Assembly: GCA_000934665.2 (NCBI GenBank)
Contig: JYFJ02003652.1
Location: forward strand, 1 to 39,650
Origin: Catajapyx aquilonaris
Taxonomy: Eukaryota
Length of the DNA: 39,650 nt
Direction of reading: 5' to 3'
The stretch's first letter is position 1. The number at the start of each line of letters is the position of its first letter. The notes below the pieces were generated by a model that was not told where the DNA came from, made no database searches, and worked only from the letters and a program-made list of their open reading frames with translations. The position numbers and the translations under genes are program-made. This document shows positions 1-11,795 of this stretch, piece by piece.

Positions 1-324
1 GCGTAATTGGTGGATGCGTTGAATTTACGGCAATGCTTTAATTTTCTAGGCGGTATTATTGCATAAGGGCATTTCCATGGGAATGTGAATCGATATAGCT
101 TATTGTTATATTTGATGTTTATGTAAGTTAATTGTTAAGGCGTGAGAAGATTCGGGAATATGCGTGTTGTGGGAGTTAGGTTCGTTTTCGGAAGCTGAAA
201 CATGCGGCATTAAATTCCTTGAAAAATGTAACCCCCGATATGCTAATTTAAGGCGGTGTAGGGGCTCTCCCCTGGATTTCTATAAGGGACAAACAAACAA
301 ACTCTCCTCATTTATAGATTAAGA
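1..324 (-). mobile_element. Probable Helitron 5' portion (runs off the window)
   Basis: Minus strand begins a|TCTTAATCTATAAATGAGGAGAGTTTGTTTGTTTG, resembling insect non-autonomous Helitron 5' ends. The 3' end is not visible. Confidence 0.5.
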
Positions 325-344
325 TAGCCAGTATGATGGATACA

Positions 345-535
345 CAGGGTGTTCGAAATTCGTGGCTCGTTTTTATATTAGTTATTATTTGTAGCTTGTT
401 GTGCCCCTAACCAGATGGCCCATTCTATAGCAACTCGACCCCCTGGGAGTAAAATGGAGCACAACAAGCCACAAAAATAACTTCTATTGGGTGATATCAG
501 TTATAAAAATCTACCCAGGAATTTCGAACACCCTG
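345..535. mobile_element. Tc1/mariner-type MITE
   Basis: TIRs CAGGGTGTTCGAAATT / AATTTCGAACACCCTG, with TA on the right and CA on the left. Confidence 0.7.
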
Positions 536-537
536 TA

Positions 538-812
538 TAACCAATAAACCTGTATGACAATCATAACTGAGTTATATTGGTTATTATGGTAGTTGTATAT
601 GTTACGCACATTGGTTATAACTTGTATGATGTAACCAATGTAACCAGTATGTCTGATATAACCATTATAACAACAGTAGTATGACAGTTATATTAGTTAT
701 AACTAATATAACTAACATAGCCAATGTAACTATGGTAGTATGATAGTAATATATTGGTTACAACTAGTATGTATGATGTAACCAATATAACTATATACTA
801 TGGAATAACTGA
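538..812. repeat. Degenerate low-complexity repeat (accaatataac / gttatattggt units in both orientations)
   Basis: Recurring taaccaatrtaac-like motifs and their reverse complements. Confidence 0.5.
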
Positions 813-1826
813 TATCACAATGCAGTTTCGCACCAAATGTCAGGCAAAAAAATCTGGAGCTTGTTCCTATCAGTTATTATAGCTACCTCTAAATATACTG
901 TCTGCCAAAATAGCCGCGTTAAAACTCGCGGCCTGGGACTGAATAATCCATAGTTATAACTTGGTGGGACCAAATTGTATCAAAATATTGTGCTTTATCT
1001 TTGACTGGACAACTGACAATGGATGACGATGAAAAATTGTGACCATGTACATTATTGGGCTGTCATTGGATGGCTGGCGGCTCTGGACCATAATATAATT
1101 TATTCTGTGATATATGAAAGATATATGTGATGATGATGATGGTAGTGGCAGTGGTGGTGGTGTTACACAGAACACCTATCCCCATAATGCTTACATTAAG
1201 TCAAGGTGGGGTGGAGGGCCCATATTCAAAGCTGAAAGATCCGCATATATGAAGAATGCTACAGAGATAATTTTGTGCTGCAGGTTCAGATAGCCACATT
1301 TAGAACTTCTCTCACACACTCCAGCATGTCCCCCGAGACGATGGACCTGCACCGAACAGTTAGTTATGGTTTAAAGTCTACCGCAAATAATAATGATAAT
1401 TATCCGAGCACAATTAACCGCAATTGTAGGCATAAAACTACCCGCGTCCATGCAGCCCGCCGTAAGCGGCAGGCAGGGGAGGTGAACATCTGTCGACAGC
1501 AGTGCCGCCTGGCGCCGTTCGATTTTTTGGGGAGGCTGAGCTTTTCCATCGGAGGGATACCCGAGCGGCATTTTAGGTTAGTCTAGGTACTATAACAATG
1601 TGTATAACAATGGGTATAACAAACGTGACGTCATGATATGGCTTCCCTCCTGGCGGTTTCCGTATTTCCAAACCTGCCTACTTGCAGTCCGACCGCAACA
1701 TTTGCAACCGCCCGAAAACGGTGTTCTTCTTAGCTCGCACAGTAACTATGGAGACCGAACGCAGGTAACTTGTTTACTGCAAGTACTTGCAGGCGGGCGT
1801 TCATTTTGCAGCCCTAAAAGTTCTTA

Positions 1827-1975
1827 GGGCCAGTTGCACCGGCCTCAGTATAACTTAGAACCTCGGGTATAACAAGAATTGCCATAGCAATCATTGTTGG
1901 GTCAACAATGATTGCTATGGCAATTCTTGTTATACCCGAGGTTCTAAGTTATACTGAGGCCGGTGCAACTGGCCC
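1827..1975. mobile_element. PIF/Harbinger-type palindromic MITE
   Basis: Perfect 73-bp arms (GGGCCAGTTGCACC...) with a 3-nt loop and TTA TSD. The empty site aagttcTTAatgaccc is present in G4 at about 39412-39427. Confidence 0.9.
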
Positions 1976-2438
1976 TTAATGACCCACATAAATCTTCTAT
2001 AATATTAAAATGCTTGCGTTGGGGGGCCGATCGAGCCCTCTGATTGGTCCGCCCCCCTATTGTTGCCGCCACCTCTTCCTATTCGCCCCCCGTCGATTGT
2101 TGCTGCGACGTATCCATGACGCATTGTTACCATGACGCCTCCGATTGGCCCCCTTTCCGAGCATGCGCAATGGGTGGAAGAACGCCTCAGTCGCTTGCTG
2201 GACGTCAACTAAGACGCATCATTCTCCTCTCCCGTGAAGACGCCCCTTCCACCTACCCTTCTACCCACGTCTTACTCACGGTGACCTCACAATAACAGAG
2301 GAGGGGGAAAATAATGGAAGCCGTAAACAAGCCGAACACTGGACTACGGTCGATCGTTGATTATCAGTGCAGTGCAGTGGTGCCAAACTGCCAACTCCGT
2401 GGACGTTTATAAAGCAAAATATAATTTCAGTTTTTTAA

Positions 2439-3192
2439 CCTTTTGACGACGGAGTTTTTGAGCCATTGCCTTAGGGCCTGAGTTCATTTTCCCCTTTTCC
2501 GGAAATTTGATAAAGAGTGATATTTTTAATGAATAATAATCCGCGGACTGCCCGGATTACCTATCGTTACCTGATCAAAATGACCCTGTGACCCATTTTT
2601 GAGGGGGGGCAGAGGTCAAGTGGCTGAAGTCGAGTTTACAGGCCATTCGCCGAATCAATTAGTCACGATTTCCACATTTTCATCGCTGTGTTTGTTCATC
2701 ACCTAGCAACATACGATTCGGAAACAATGACAACAATGCTCCCATCTGCATTCTGCTTCAGCTCGAGGAATTACTTCCGGGGTTCCTGCTGGTCACTACC
2801 ACAACTTCAAACCCAGTAGCAAAACAACGATTCAAAGAAGGGTCAGCAAGCCTCAGGTACTGTTTCCTAATAATAATGATTCGGCGAATGGCCTGTAAAC
2901 CCGACATAAGCCCAAAAGGACCCTGCGACCCATATTGGAGGGGGGCAGAGGTGAAATTCCGCCCTCACCGATTTATCTTGAAATGCGGTGCATTGACATA
3001 TACCCCCCTCCAATGTGGGTCAATTTATTTCGAGCAGGTAATAGGTGCGTTTTCATCCCTTGGAGTGGGCTACCAATGCACCGAATTTCAAAAAAATCGG
3101 TGAGGCCGGAATTTTACGAGTTTAAAAATGTCCCAAGTTGTCAGGGCAAATGTCAAGACATCATAACTATGATGTCCGTAGTCGTCAAAGGG
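2439..3192. mobile_element. piggyBac-type MITE nested in the Helitron
   Basis: TTAA on both sides; TIRs CC(T/C)TTTGACGAC / GTCGTCAAAGGG. Confidence 0.8.
2639..2895. mobile_element. Tc1/mariner-type MITE nested in the piggyBac-type MITE
   Basis: Perfect TIR CAGGCCATTCGCCGAATCA with TA TSD. Confidence 0.85.
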
Positions 3193-3385
3193 TTAAAGAA
3201 GGTCAACCTCCTGTCAACACCGCAGGGAGAGTTTGTAAGCAGGATTGGCTGCGATATTCAACACTGAACCAGGGAATATAGGTCGAGAATATCAAAAGAA
3301 ATTGTCGGGAAGAATAATGAAATCAGTCCTTGATCATCTCTCTCACAGAGTTCCATGGATGTTTATAATAAAGGGGAGTTATGAG

Positions 3386-4304
3386 CAGGGCCGCATTAAG
3401 GTTTTTTGCGCCCCAAGCCCGAAGAAGAAATGCGCCCCCCCNTATTTTTCAATTTGAAATGCCAAATTATTTTACAATTTAATGTCATTAGGCCACTTGC
3501 AGGTGAGTAATTATTATACAATTATTCGATTTCGAAAACGTCAGGAAATAGACTTCAAATTGCACAATTTTAAATTACAATTAACTTCAAAGCCTCATTT
3601 CAGATGAGAGCTGGGAGCATTTTGTTCAGATAGATTCTTCTTATGAAGAATCAACAGGAATTATTTTAACTTGTTTTACTTGCACTTAAATTGTCTTAAA
3701 TGTTAACACCAAGTAACGCTTACAAGTTCAGCATTTAGTGGAAAACCTTTTTTCTAGACTTCTTTTCTGCAAACTGAATTAATAACTTGTCAAGGCACAG
3801 TGTTTCAAGTTTATCACTTTCGATTGAAAGCAAAGACAGTGCAGACAATCGTTCCTGCTTCATTGTAGCACGGAGTTCTGATTTGATTAGTTTAAGTTTT
3901 GAGCAAGTCCTTTCACCCTTGCAATTGGTTGCAAAATTGCACAAATACATTCTTAGAATAATGTCAACGTGGGGATCCTTAATGGGCACCTTTTCGGCAG
4001 GGCGCATTTTCGGCAGGGGCACATTTTCAGAAGGGGCGCCTTATTTTGGGCAGGGCGCATTTTCTCGGCGCCCCCTCCGTGATTTTAGCCCCCCCCCCCN
4101 CCCCCCCCCCCCCCATGCCGTTACGCCACTGATAGAATTAGCAAAGCAGTGCATAATAATTTTAATAATAATAATTTTAAATAAATTAATAAATTAATGA
4201 ATAATTTTTTCATTATATCTAGTGCAGAGCCCAAAATTTTGCGCCCCTAAAACTCGCGCGCCCCAAGCCCGGGCTTGTTGGGCTTGTTGGTTAATGCAGC
4301 ACTG
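3386..4304 (-). mobile_element. Deleted hAT element carrying the transposase C-terminal dimerisation-domain fragment
   Basis: 8-bp TSD GTTATGAG (3378-3385 and 4305-4312); TIRs CAGGGCCGCATTAA / CAGTGCTGCATTAA. ORF 3735..4022 contains ERTCSKLKLIKSELRATMKQERLSALSLLSIE, a hAT (ERxFSxLKxIK) motif. Confidence 0.9.
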
Positions 4305-4829
4305 GTTATGAGCAGTTACAAAACCTGGTCGGGAAGTGTGCATAATATAATTTAGATACATATGTGTGCGATGAGTGCATGCGAGTAGAGCCGGTAGAGG
4401 TTGTGAATTTCTGTTCGTACAATAATTTATTGGGGTTTTTAAAAATTCAAAAGGAATTGGTATGTTGAGGTGAGCAAGTGCATACAGAGTATTTCCCAGC
4501 CAATGCAATGCAAAGGTGGGATTTCAGACGGTTCGCAAGGTAGTACGGAATCGTGGATAGCAGTTCAGAATCACGGACGGAGGAAAGGGGTGGGGTGGGA
4601 GTACACATATGATTGGGGGATGGGCATCATCACTGGCTATAAGTCGGAAGCGATTTAAAATGCGGTGTCCACCACAGGCGTAGAAAAACGTGAGCGAAGC
4701 AAGCGGTTTTCTACGCCTGTGCCATAGAAAAATTCGAGTGGAGCGAGGGTTTTTCTAGTATATATAAATAAAATGCCGCATAATTACTTATTGTAGCAAT
4801 CATTAGGCTTCGGTGCAGTTGAGATTCAC

Positions 4830-5067
4830 AAAAACAGGGACAATCTGAACGGATAGGGATATTTGGGGAGGGAACATTCGTGCAAGTGCAAAGTCGGTAA
4901 AGGGGTCATGTGCTGTTCCCCAGGAGGTTAGGTTGCCAGACACCTCCTTGGTGCAGGTCAGAGACCCTCCCGACGCAGGTGAAAGGAAAGTTCCCCAGGC
5001 GAGGATCGAACCTGGGGCCTTTCACTCAGCAAGCCAAGACGTTACCATCTCGGCCATCTACACCTCC
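4830..5067 (-). mobile_element. Old tRNA-derived SINE
   Basis: Minus-strand A box TGGCCGAGATGG and B box GGTTCGATCC. The left boundary is approximate. Confidence 0.6.
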
Positions 5068-5157
5068 CTTCATCTAGTAGATTCAGAAAATACATAGAAA
5101 CCTGCAAGTCTTTTGTGGGGTTAAACTGCACCCTTGCCAATAATTATGTCCTCCAGT

Positions 5158-5452
5158 ACCGAAGCAGGTTGGCATAGTGGATAAGGCGCCCGACTGCTAA
5201 TCGGGAGGTCCTGGGTTCGAATCCCGGGGCCGGCAACTCCGACCGTGGTTTTCTGTGGTTTCCCACGGTCCTTCCAGGGAAATTCCGGAGTTGCTTCCAT
5301 AATTAATAGGCCACAGCCGCTTCCTTTCGTCCCTATCCTATCCCAAAAAGCGCAGTAAAATGAAAGCAAGGAGTTCCAGGCAAAACAAAAACTTCCCCCC
5401 TAAAGAGCCGACAGGCTGATAACGGGGTATGAATTATTATGAATTATTATTT
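5158..5452 (+). mobile_element. tRNA-derived SINE, family 1
   Basis: A box TGGCATAGTGG, B box GGTTCGAATCC, (ATT)-rich tail, and 15-bp TSD ATTATGTCCTCCAGT. The empty site is in G3 at about 30810-30825. Confidence 0.95.
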
Positions 5453-5915
5453 ATTATGTCCTCCAGTCCCCCTGATCAAATTATGTGAGGACCTGTGACA
5501 CTGCCTTACTTATGGTGCTGAAAACGAAACAGTGCTCTGATGTCATCAAGGTTTCTTTGAAAATACCCTCACAGAACTATATGAGTAAACAGCAGCAACA
5601 AAAAGCAACAATGCAAGAAACAATGGCATCAGATCTTAGTTTGGTTTTGCGCAGCCTACATAGTGTTCCAGTTCTACAATGGAATTATTTCATGGCTGGG
5701 AACAACAGCATAAGTTTGTGTCTTTTGGAAATGGGATACAAACTTGGCAATGCTGTCTATCAACATATTGCTTGCAAATTAGTGGTAAAATATAATAGAT
5801 CCCTAATATTTTAATATGGAATAAAGAATCCAAGTTTTGCAAAGTAGCCAAAAAATGTCGTCCTCAGGGTTGAAAATAGAAAACATTTCCTTTTTTTCAC
5901 CATAACATCACTCAC

Positions 5916-8900
5916 AGATGCTCGTTTGTTCCTGGTCACCCTTCCGCTTGGGCCAGGATGTGGTTCATTTGATGGGTCAGCTGCAGCCGATGGCATGGAT
6001 TCATCCCCATCAGGTTCAGTGCCACTGGAAACTTCTGAAGCAGCACCCTAGGGTAATAAATAATAGTGTGGCCTTAGATATCGTCATACAAAATCACTTC
6101 CGAAGTCCCAGTTACACCACTTTCCACTTCCAGAATCCCCCATCCGTGAACTAAGTCCAAATTCAGAGTTCTATTCACTTATCAATTGTAATGGTTTTAC
6201 ATTCAAACTGTACTTCTGAGATACGTAAAAAAATATACAGGGAGTAAATGAATTCAAATGACAAACTTCTAGGGGTGATAGAGGGGACCAAGACACACAT
6301 TGTTCACATAGGAACCCGTGTCCAGAAACGCCATCTAGAGGGGGTTCATAGACAAGGAACAGTGCACACAGACGCTTCAGGTTGGTGGCGTTAGCGAGCG
6401 GACCGTTTAGTTGCTAGGTGCCGGGCGGATTGTACACAACTTTGCATTTCGCCATAACCTGGCAACAACAGAGTTGTTGTTTATTATCTGCGTGCTACCC
6501 AAAGAGTTCTGCTATATTATATATACACCTAGAGGAGGTACTCGGCCTGAAATGTGAGGCAGGCAACAATGCATGCAACAATATGACCTTCAACAAGATG
6601 GCGGACGCCTGACCTTATTGAACTAATTGTCGCCCAGTTGTCATTATTGGTTGTTGTCCCAGTTGCTAGACAACTGTTAGAACAACAATATGACCTTCAA
6701 CAAGATGGCGGCTGCCTCAGCCTGTCTAATGGAAAAGTATAGGGAGTACCTCCTCTAGGTATTATATTATATAATAGCAGAACTCTTTGGTGCTACCTAG
6801 CATGCTGACTTTACTTGCTAGGTGGCTCTGTTGTTGCCAGGTTATGGTGAATTGCAAAGCTGTGTAAATCCACCCGCCACCTAGCAACTAAACGGTCCGC
6901 TCATTAGCGCCTCCCGCGTGACACGTCTGAGCGCACCCGTTCCTTGTCTATGAACCCCCTCTAGACGGTGTTTCTGGACACGGGTTCCTATGTCAAATAT
7001 GTTTGTCTTGGCCCCCTCTATTACCCCTACAAGTTTGTTGGCTGAATTCATTTACACCCTGTATAAGTAAACATTGTTCATTTTGCTTCAACATTTGTGT
7101 CAGTACCAAATTGATACGGAAAAATGTCTGGTATTCTTCCCATACCACAGTGTTTTGCCTGCTCCCAAGTTCTGCATCTTGATGCGAGTCTCCCTCATCA
7201 AGTGTGGAGCATTGGGGATCTTCTTCAGGTTGGTCATGGCCACATGTTGAGGCTGCTTCTCCACCTGCAAAAATGCAATGACATTAAACTGTACTTCTGC
7301 AAAAAAAAATCTCTATATTTTCAAAGATTGCCCTTCCCCCCTTCCTTCTAAATGGGGAGGAGGCAGTTAGAAGGAGATGGGCCAATCACTGCCTTTGATA
7401 TTAAATAACCCGGGCCAACAATAAACGTCTAAGGTGCATTCCTGGGCATCAAGGGAATGCTTTTGGCAGCAGTGCTATTGGGTCCATGCAGTCTAGTTGC
7501 TGAATAAAGACTACATTATACAGTACCATATTCTATGTCAAAGATAAGTCCTACGACTTTACTTTAAAGATAATTAAGATAAACCCTCTGTGCATTCTGA
7601 CAATCATACCTTCATTTGCCAAACTGCCAACTACTGCTTCTGATTTGGACTGAGTCTCATTCAAGGGTACAGCAATTTCACTGATGTTTATGGATGTCCT
7701 GTCTTCTTCGGATTCCCAGTCTTGATTCTACCATTATAGAGGAAAGGACATTACTATTTAACTAACAGTACGTATATTAGCTTTAAGCAAAAACTCTGCA
7801 ATGAAAAATATCGTCGGCCGGGGATCAAAACCTCGTAACTCCATTTATGCGCGAAAATGGACTTACGAGTGAGGTCGTAAGTCCCTTTGCACATGTGACC
7901 ATATTATGGTTAGGTCACGTAAGTGTGTCTAATGTCCAACACTCGACTTATTGTAACCGAGTATCAATAGTGTTCACGCCCAATAATTCCTCTGAGTCAC
8001 GATTGAGCCATTGCATCATTCCCAATTATCACCTGCGTAAAACGTTGCATAACATAACCTTGTACTGCACGCGCCAATATAGGCCTCTCGCTCATCAAGG
8101 ATAGAGTGTCCTCTCCAGTGCAAGCTGACGCAGCATTCCTGTGACAATATGTCAGCCCCGTGCTCGGTACATGCAGCTGCAGAACTGTGGATGCATTCCA
8201 CCACTTCCAGCCTTGAATCACGCCGAGATCAGCACTATTCCTTCCGGGTAGTTTCCTTATAAATAGGGGCGTTTTCCCCCAAGAAAGTGGAGAGAACCCA
8301 GGAGAGAACTGGGGAGAAGGAGAGAGGCACCACACAGAGAGCACCGGAGACGACCGAAGAGCGGACACCATGGTAGGAATTGTTAGCATGAACAGAAAAC
8401 ATTATTTTACTAAATGTTTTTTGTCCCTCCTGTGAAATTTGGCCTTGAGGAGTTACGAGGTTTTGATCCGCCGCCGACGATATGTCATCTGTAGCAACAA
8501 TGGTCAACAGGTTTCACTGCACAATGAAATTATTGTGATGTAAACAATTTTCATTGGTAATCAACAATTATTTCACTTCCACTACAACCAATGAAAAATT
8601 GACTTTACACAGCTGGCATTTGGAAATTTCTGCTCTCATCATGACTGTAAACCAGATTGACATTGACTTCACCACCTCTTTAGAGTTAATTGTGTCATTA
8701 TAATGGTCTTTTACTATTAAACCGAGTAATACCAGTTAGTTTACACCATGGATTTGTACTATGTGTATGTTCCAAAAATATGACTCTGGTGCAACAGAAC
8801 GTCTCATACCCTATTCATATTTGAGCTGGCCATTTCATTTGGCCTAGCCATACCCTATAAATGAGCAATTACAGTCATCCTCACCCAGCAGTTGATCTCT

Positions 8901-9539
8901 TGTGGTCCTTCATTCTCCACCATGACCTCCTCCTCCACCATGCACTGGTCCAGCTCAGTTTCCATGCTGCCCACAGGCACGGAATCTCCATTTTCAACTT
9001 GCGCATCAACTGAACAAGTGAGATCTTCAGAAAGTGAGTTTCCTGGATCATCTGCAGCTGAAGAGGTAAAGCGCATTCCAGTCAAACCCTGACTCTCAGT
9101 CAGCACTCTCGTTCACATGTCACCCACAGAGGGCTTTTACTTGGGAGATGTCATTGGGCATGTCGGTATGAGAAGGTCAGGTTTACGTTCAGAAAGCAAT
9201 ATGAGGGTCCAACTTTTTTACTACTTGCGAGGGGTTACCCTATGGCATACCTGTTCATTATGGAATAATTACATTTGATTTTAATTTGAGAGGGTTGGCA
9301 ACCCTGATTGGAATGCCACCGCCACTTGTCTTACAACAGCGCCTCATGCCGAAGTCCCCCTTCCACTCACCCTCTTCCTCCTCTCCACTTATTCTGCACC
9401 CGCCACACCAGGCCCACTCCTTCAGGGCCCCCACACCATCCTCCAGTGAGTCCAGTCGAGGAAGGATCAGCTCCAGGATAAGACGCTTCACGGACAATGT
9501 TGTCATCTCCATCACCAACTCACTGTCGACTGGGGCCAT
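5916..9539 (-). CDS. ZnF-family paralog G1, 5' part (5 coding exons; acidic/NLS and finger exons not in window)
   Basis: Exons 9539-9371 (MAPVDSEL...WAWCGGC...EEEE), 9057-8885, 7727-7610, 7264-7146 and 6047-5916. All have AG/GT boundaries, compatible phases (1,0,1,0,0) and no stops, and all are homologous to G2/G3 exons. Intron homology to G2/G4 resumes at 4759-4820 and 1817-1992, so the next exon should lie left of position 1. Confidence 0.8.
6238..7061. mobile_element. Tc1/mariner-type foldback MITE with long TIRs
   Basis: TA-CAGGG(A/T)GTAAATGAATTCA at both ends; imperfect inverted arms of about 240 bp. Confidence 0.85.
6500..6789. mobile_element. P- or hAT-type MITE nested in 6238-7061
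   Basis: TIR CAAAGAGTTCTGCTAT with 8-bp TSD GTGCTACC; internal direct repeat caacaatatgaccttcaacaagatggcgg twice. Confidence 0.75.
7809..8482. mobile_element. Unclassified TIR element in a G1 intron
   Basis: TIRs of about 34 bp (TATCGTCGGC...GGATCAAAACCTCGTAACTCC). The paralogous empty site in G3 reads gaaaaa|tgtcatc (about 33661-33673). Confidence 0.8.
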
Positions 9540-9647
9540 GGCTCCTTCCCCTTTCGACTTCTCTCTGCAACTCCCTTGATTAGAAATAGACAACTTGTGA
9601 CTCGATCCAACCCTGTTCCACCTCCACAATCCGGACCAACAAACGTC

Positions 9648-9680
9648 TCAAGAAGAGAAAATCCTCGCAACAGACGCCAT
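9648..9680 (-). promoter_or_regulatory. Candidate uORF MASVARIFSS* upstream of G1 start
   Basis: aacATGgcg...TGA, 33 nt, also present in G2 and G3. It overlaps a YY1/Pho-like CGCCAT motif. Confidence 0.5.
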
Positions 9681-10459
9681 GTTGGATTCAGGTGTGGGGG
9701 GGGAGAATGTCGCGTAGCTGTTGGGCCCAAGGAAAGCAGCGACCGTGAAGAACTAATACGGAACGGATAGCACTGAAGTTGTGCTGAACCTCATCAACTC
9801 AAATCAAGTTCCAAATTATAAAGTGGGCCATGATTTCAGCTGCGCAGGGGGCTCCAGGCCTCAGTGTGACATCATGGATGGCTATGGTCATCCAATGGGA
9901 GTTTAGCTTTTCAATTGGTTCACTAAAAAGTTGGGATTATTATTCTGATTACCTGATTACCTTTTTCACCCCCTTCATAATCCACCATATGAGAATAATG
10001 TGTCAAAATCTGTAAACCCTAATTATTTTGTATTACTATATTACAATATGTACAGTGCACTTGAAGATTTCTCTACCCCAATCTCGAAAAAAGGGTATAG
10101 GTCTCCTCTAGCAGCATATTTATTTTTTCCTGTAAGGCACGCATGATCATCTGTCCAATGGCTTGATAACTAGACAGTACTATTGGAACAGGGTACATAA
10201 CCATTAACCAATATGTGCAGTATCATTCTGTCAGTACAGTACATCGTCATGATAAGGGTCTCATCTCAAGTGAACAGGTTACAAATCAGGTAGGCCTATA
10301 GTAAAAATTCTGTATGGATATGCCTTCTTGCAACAGAGCAGGTGACAAATCGGGTAATGAGGTGTGTATTTCCCTCCAATTATGATTTACATCACTGTGT
10401 GCAATCTTAAATCCCCTACAAACCAAAACTTATATTATCAACCAAACCCCCTTCCCCGT

Positions 10460-11200
10460 CCCTTCCCCTTTTGGTTGAACAGTTTCACACATGTTACATT
10501 TACATAGGTTTCTCTCATGTGTGAATTAGTATGTATGTCTTTGCAGGTCAGGTGAATGGTTTCAATCCCTTGTGAAGCCAAGCATGATAGCCGTAACTAC
10601 AACTTGAAACAACAACAACAAACAAACAAAAAACTCGGCACACTTTGCACTAGAATGACTTTTCTCCTCTGTGAATCTTTCTGCCTTCAGCAGGAAAATA
10701 CTCCGACTAACTTTTATAAACAAGTTCTGATCCATGGTTCAAGAAGTCTGATCCACCAAAATCAGAATCTCATCTTCGAACCGCAGCAAGCAGCAAATTC
10801 CAAGAAACTTTCCACAGCCGTGGCCGGGTGTAGCACTCAAACATTTTTGTTCAGGCGCATTTTTAGCATCAACAATTAAATTTTTAAACTATTAACTGCA
10901 AAAGGTTCTGGTTTTAAATTATTTCATTACATTTTGCCTGGGGATAAACTGGTGAGAGTTGTGAATTATACACTTTTGAACCAGGAAAACTACTGGACAT
11001 CAACTTGATTCTCTATTTGAATGAGAGGAGATTCAGATGAAATTGTGAGACTGTGAAATAATTAGTCGCCAATTTGACAAATAGACGAAGAATACAACTG
11101 AAATATTATCATTTCTGCAATGCAAAGTTGCAAATAAGGCTATTTTTTAGATTTCATATTTCAGTAGTGATTCATCCTCTCAAATCTCGACTTATTCCCC
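10460..11200 (-). pseudogene. Decayed zinc-finger exon and intron remnant of an older paralog
   Basis: Minus strand reads RKIHRGEKSF*CKVC...YHAWLHKGLKPF...LIHT*EKP...CNMC...FNQKG (about 10683-10465). Sequence at 10696-10925 resembles the last intron of G2 (13150-13370). Boundaries are approximate. Confidence 0.7.
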
Positions 11201-11795
11201 ACTGCCTCTCGCATCATTATTAACAGTACCAAAAGATATTTTACTCCAGATTGTGTAACTTAGTTATTGATTAATTTGTTATAAATTATCGCTTAATTTT
11301 GTTCATACTGAGGTATCATGTTATGCAGTGTTTCACTTAATATTCCTTACCAAACCTGTAATTCTCATGCAATATGATACCCCGGATAAATCTCATTATT
11401 GTGTACGCCTTCATATACCGGTACATACGTCATTTAAGCAACAATCACTTTGTCCAAACAAAAGCTGACAGAAGGGCAAATTCGCAACAATAATATCATT
11501 GATGCATAAGTAGTTCATGCATATGCCCCATGAGCACTGTCCCGCTCCGCTCTATTTTACTTATATGGCATTCTCTTTTTTCTAGAGCAGTTTGCAGGTT
11601 TCTTTTGGCTCCGGTGTAAAATTCTGAAAATGTCAGTCCTTTTGTTATATGCATGACGAAATTATTGTGCTGAACCTCAACTCAACTCAATTCCAAACTC
11701 AAATGAGCCACGATTTCAACTGTATAGGTGGGTCTATCTTGGTATTTTTTTTTTCAATTTCGTTTTTTTAAATAATATGCAACTCTGTGCCTTGC

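Larger units (their letters stand above)
1993..4758 (+). mobile_element. Non-autonomous Helitron with nested insertions
   Basis: 5' TC(TTCTATAATATTAAAATG), 3' CTAG, subterminal hairpins at about 4676-4755, inserted between A and T with no TSD. The empty site acataaa|tttatataaat is in G2 at 13877/13878. Confidence 0.85.

Noticed and set aside
1275..1816. Short ORFs and a possible hAT-like end (tagggctgcaaaatg on the minus strand)
   Set aside because: No recognisable protein motif and no partner TIR or TSD within the window.
5158..5235. tRNA-like sequence with a GCT anticodon-like loop (also at 30096 and 22075)
   Set aside because: It is the head of a repeated SINE with body, tail and TSDs, and has no proper acceptor stem. 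It is not a tRNA gene.
9258..9770. Overlapping ORFs around exon 1 (also 21155-21616 and 34995-35529)
   Set aside because: Their frames are not conserved across paralogs outside the ATG-to-donor segment; they are UTR or intron read-through and antisense shadows.
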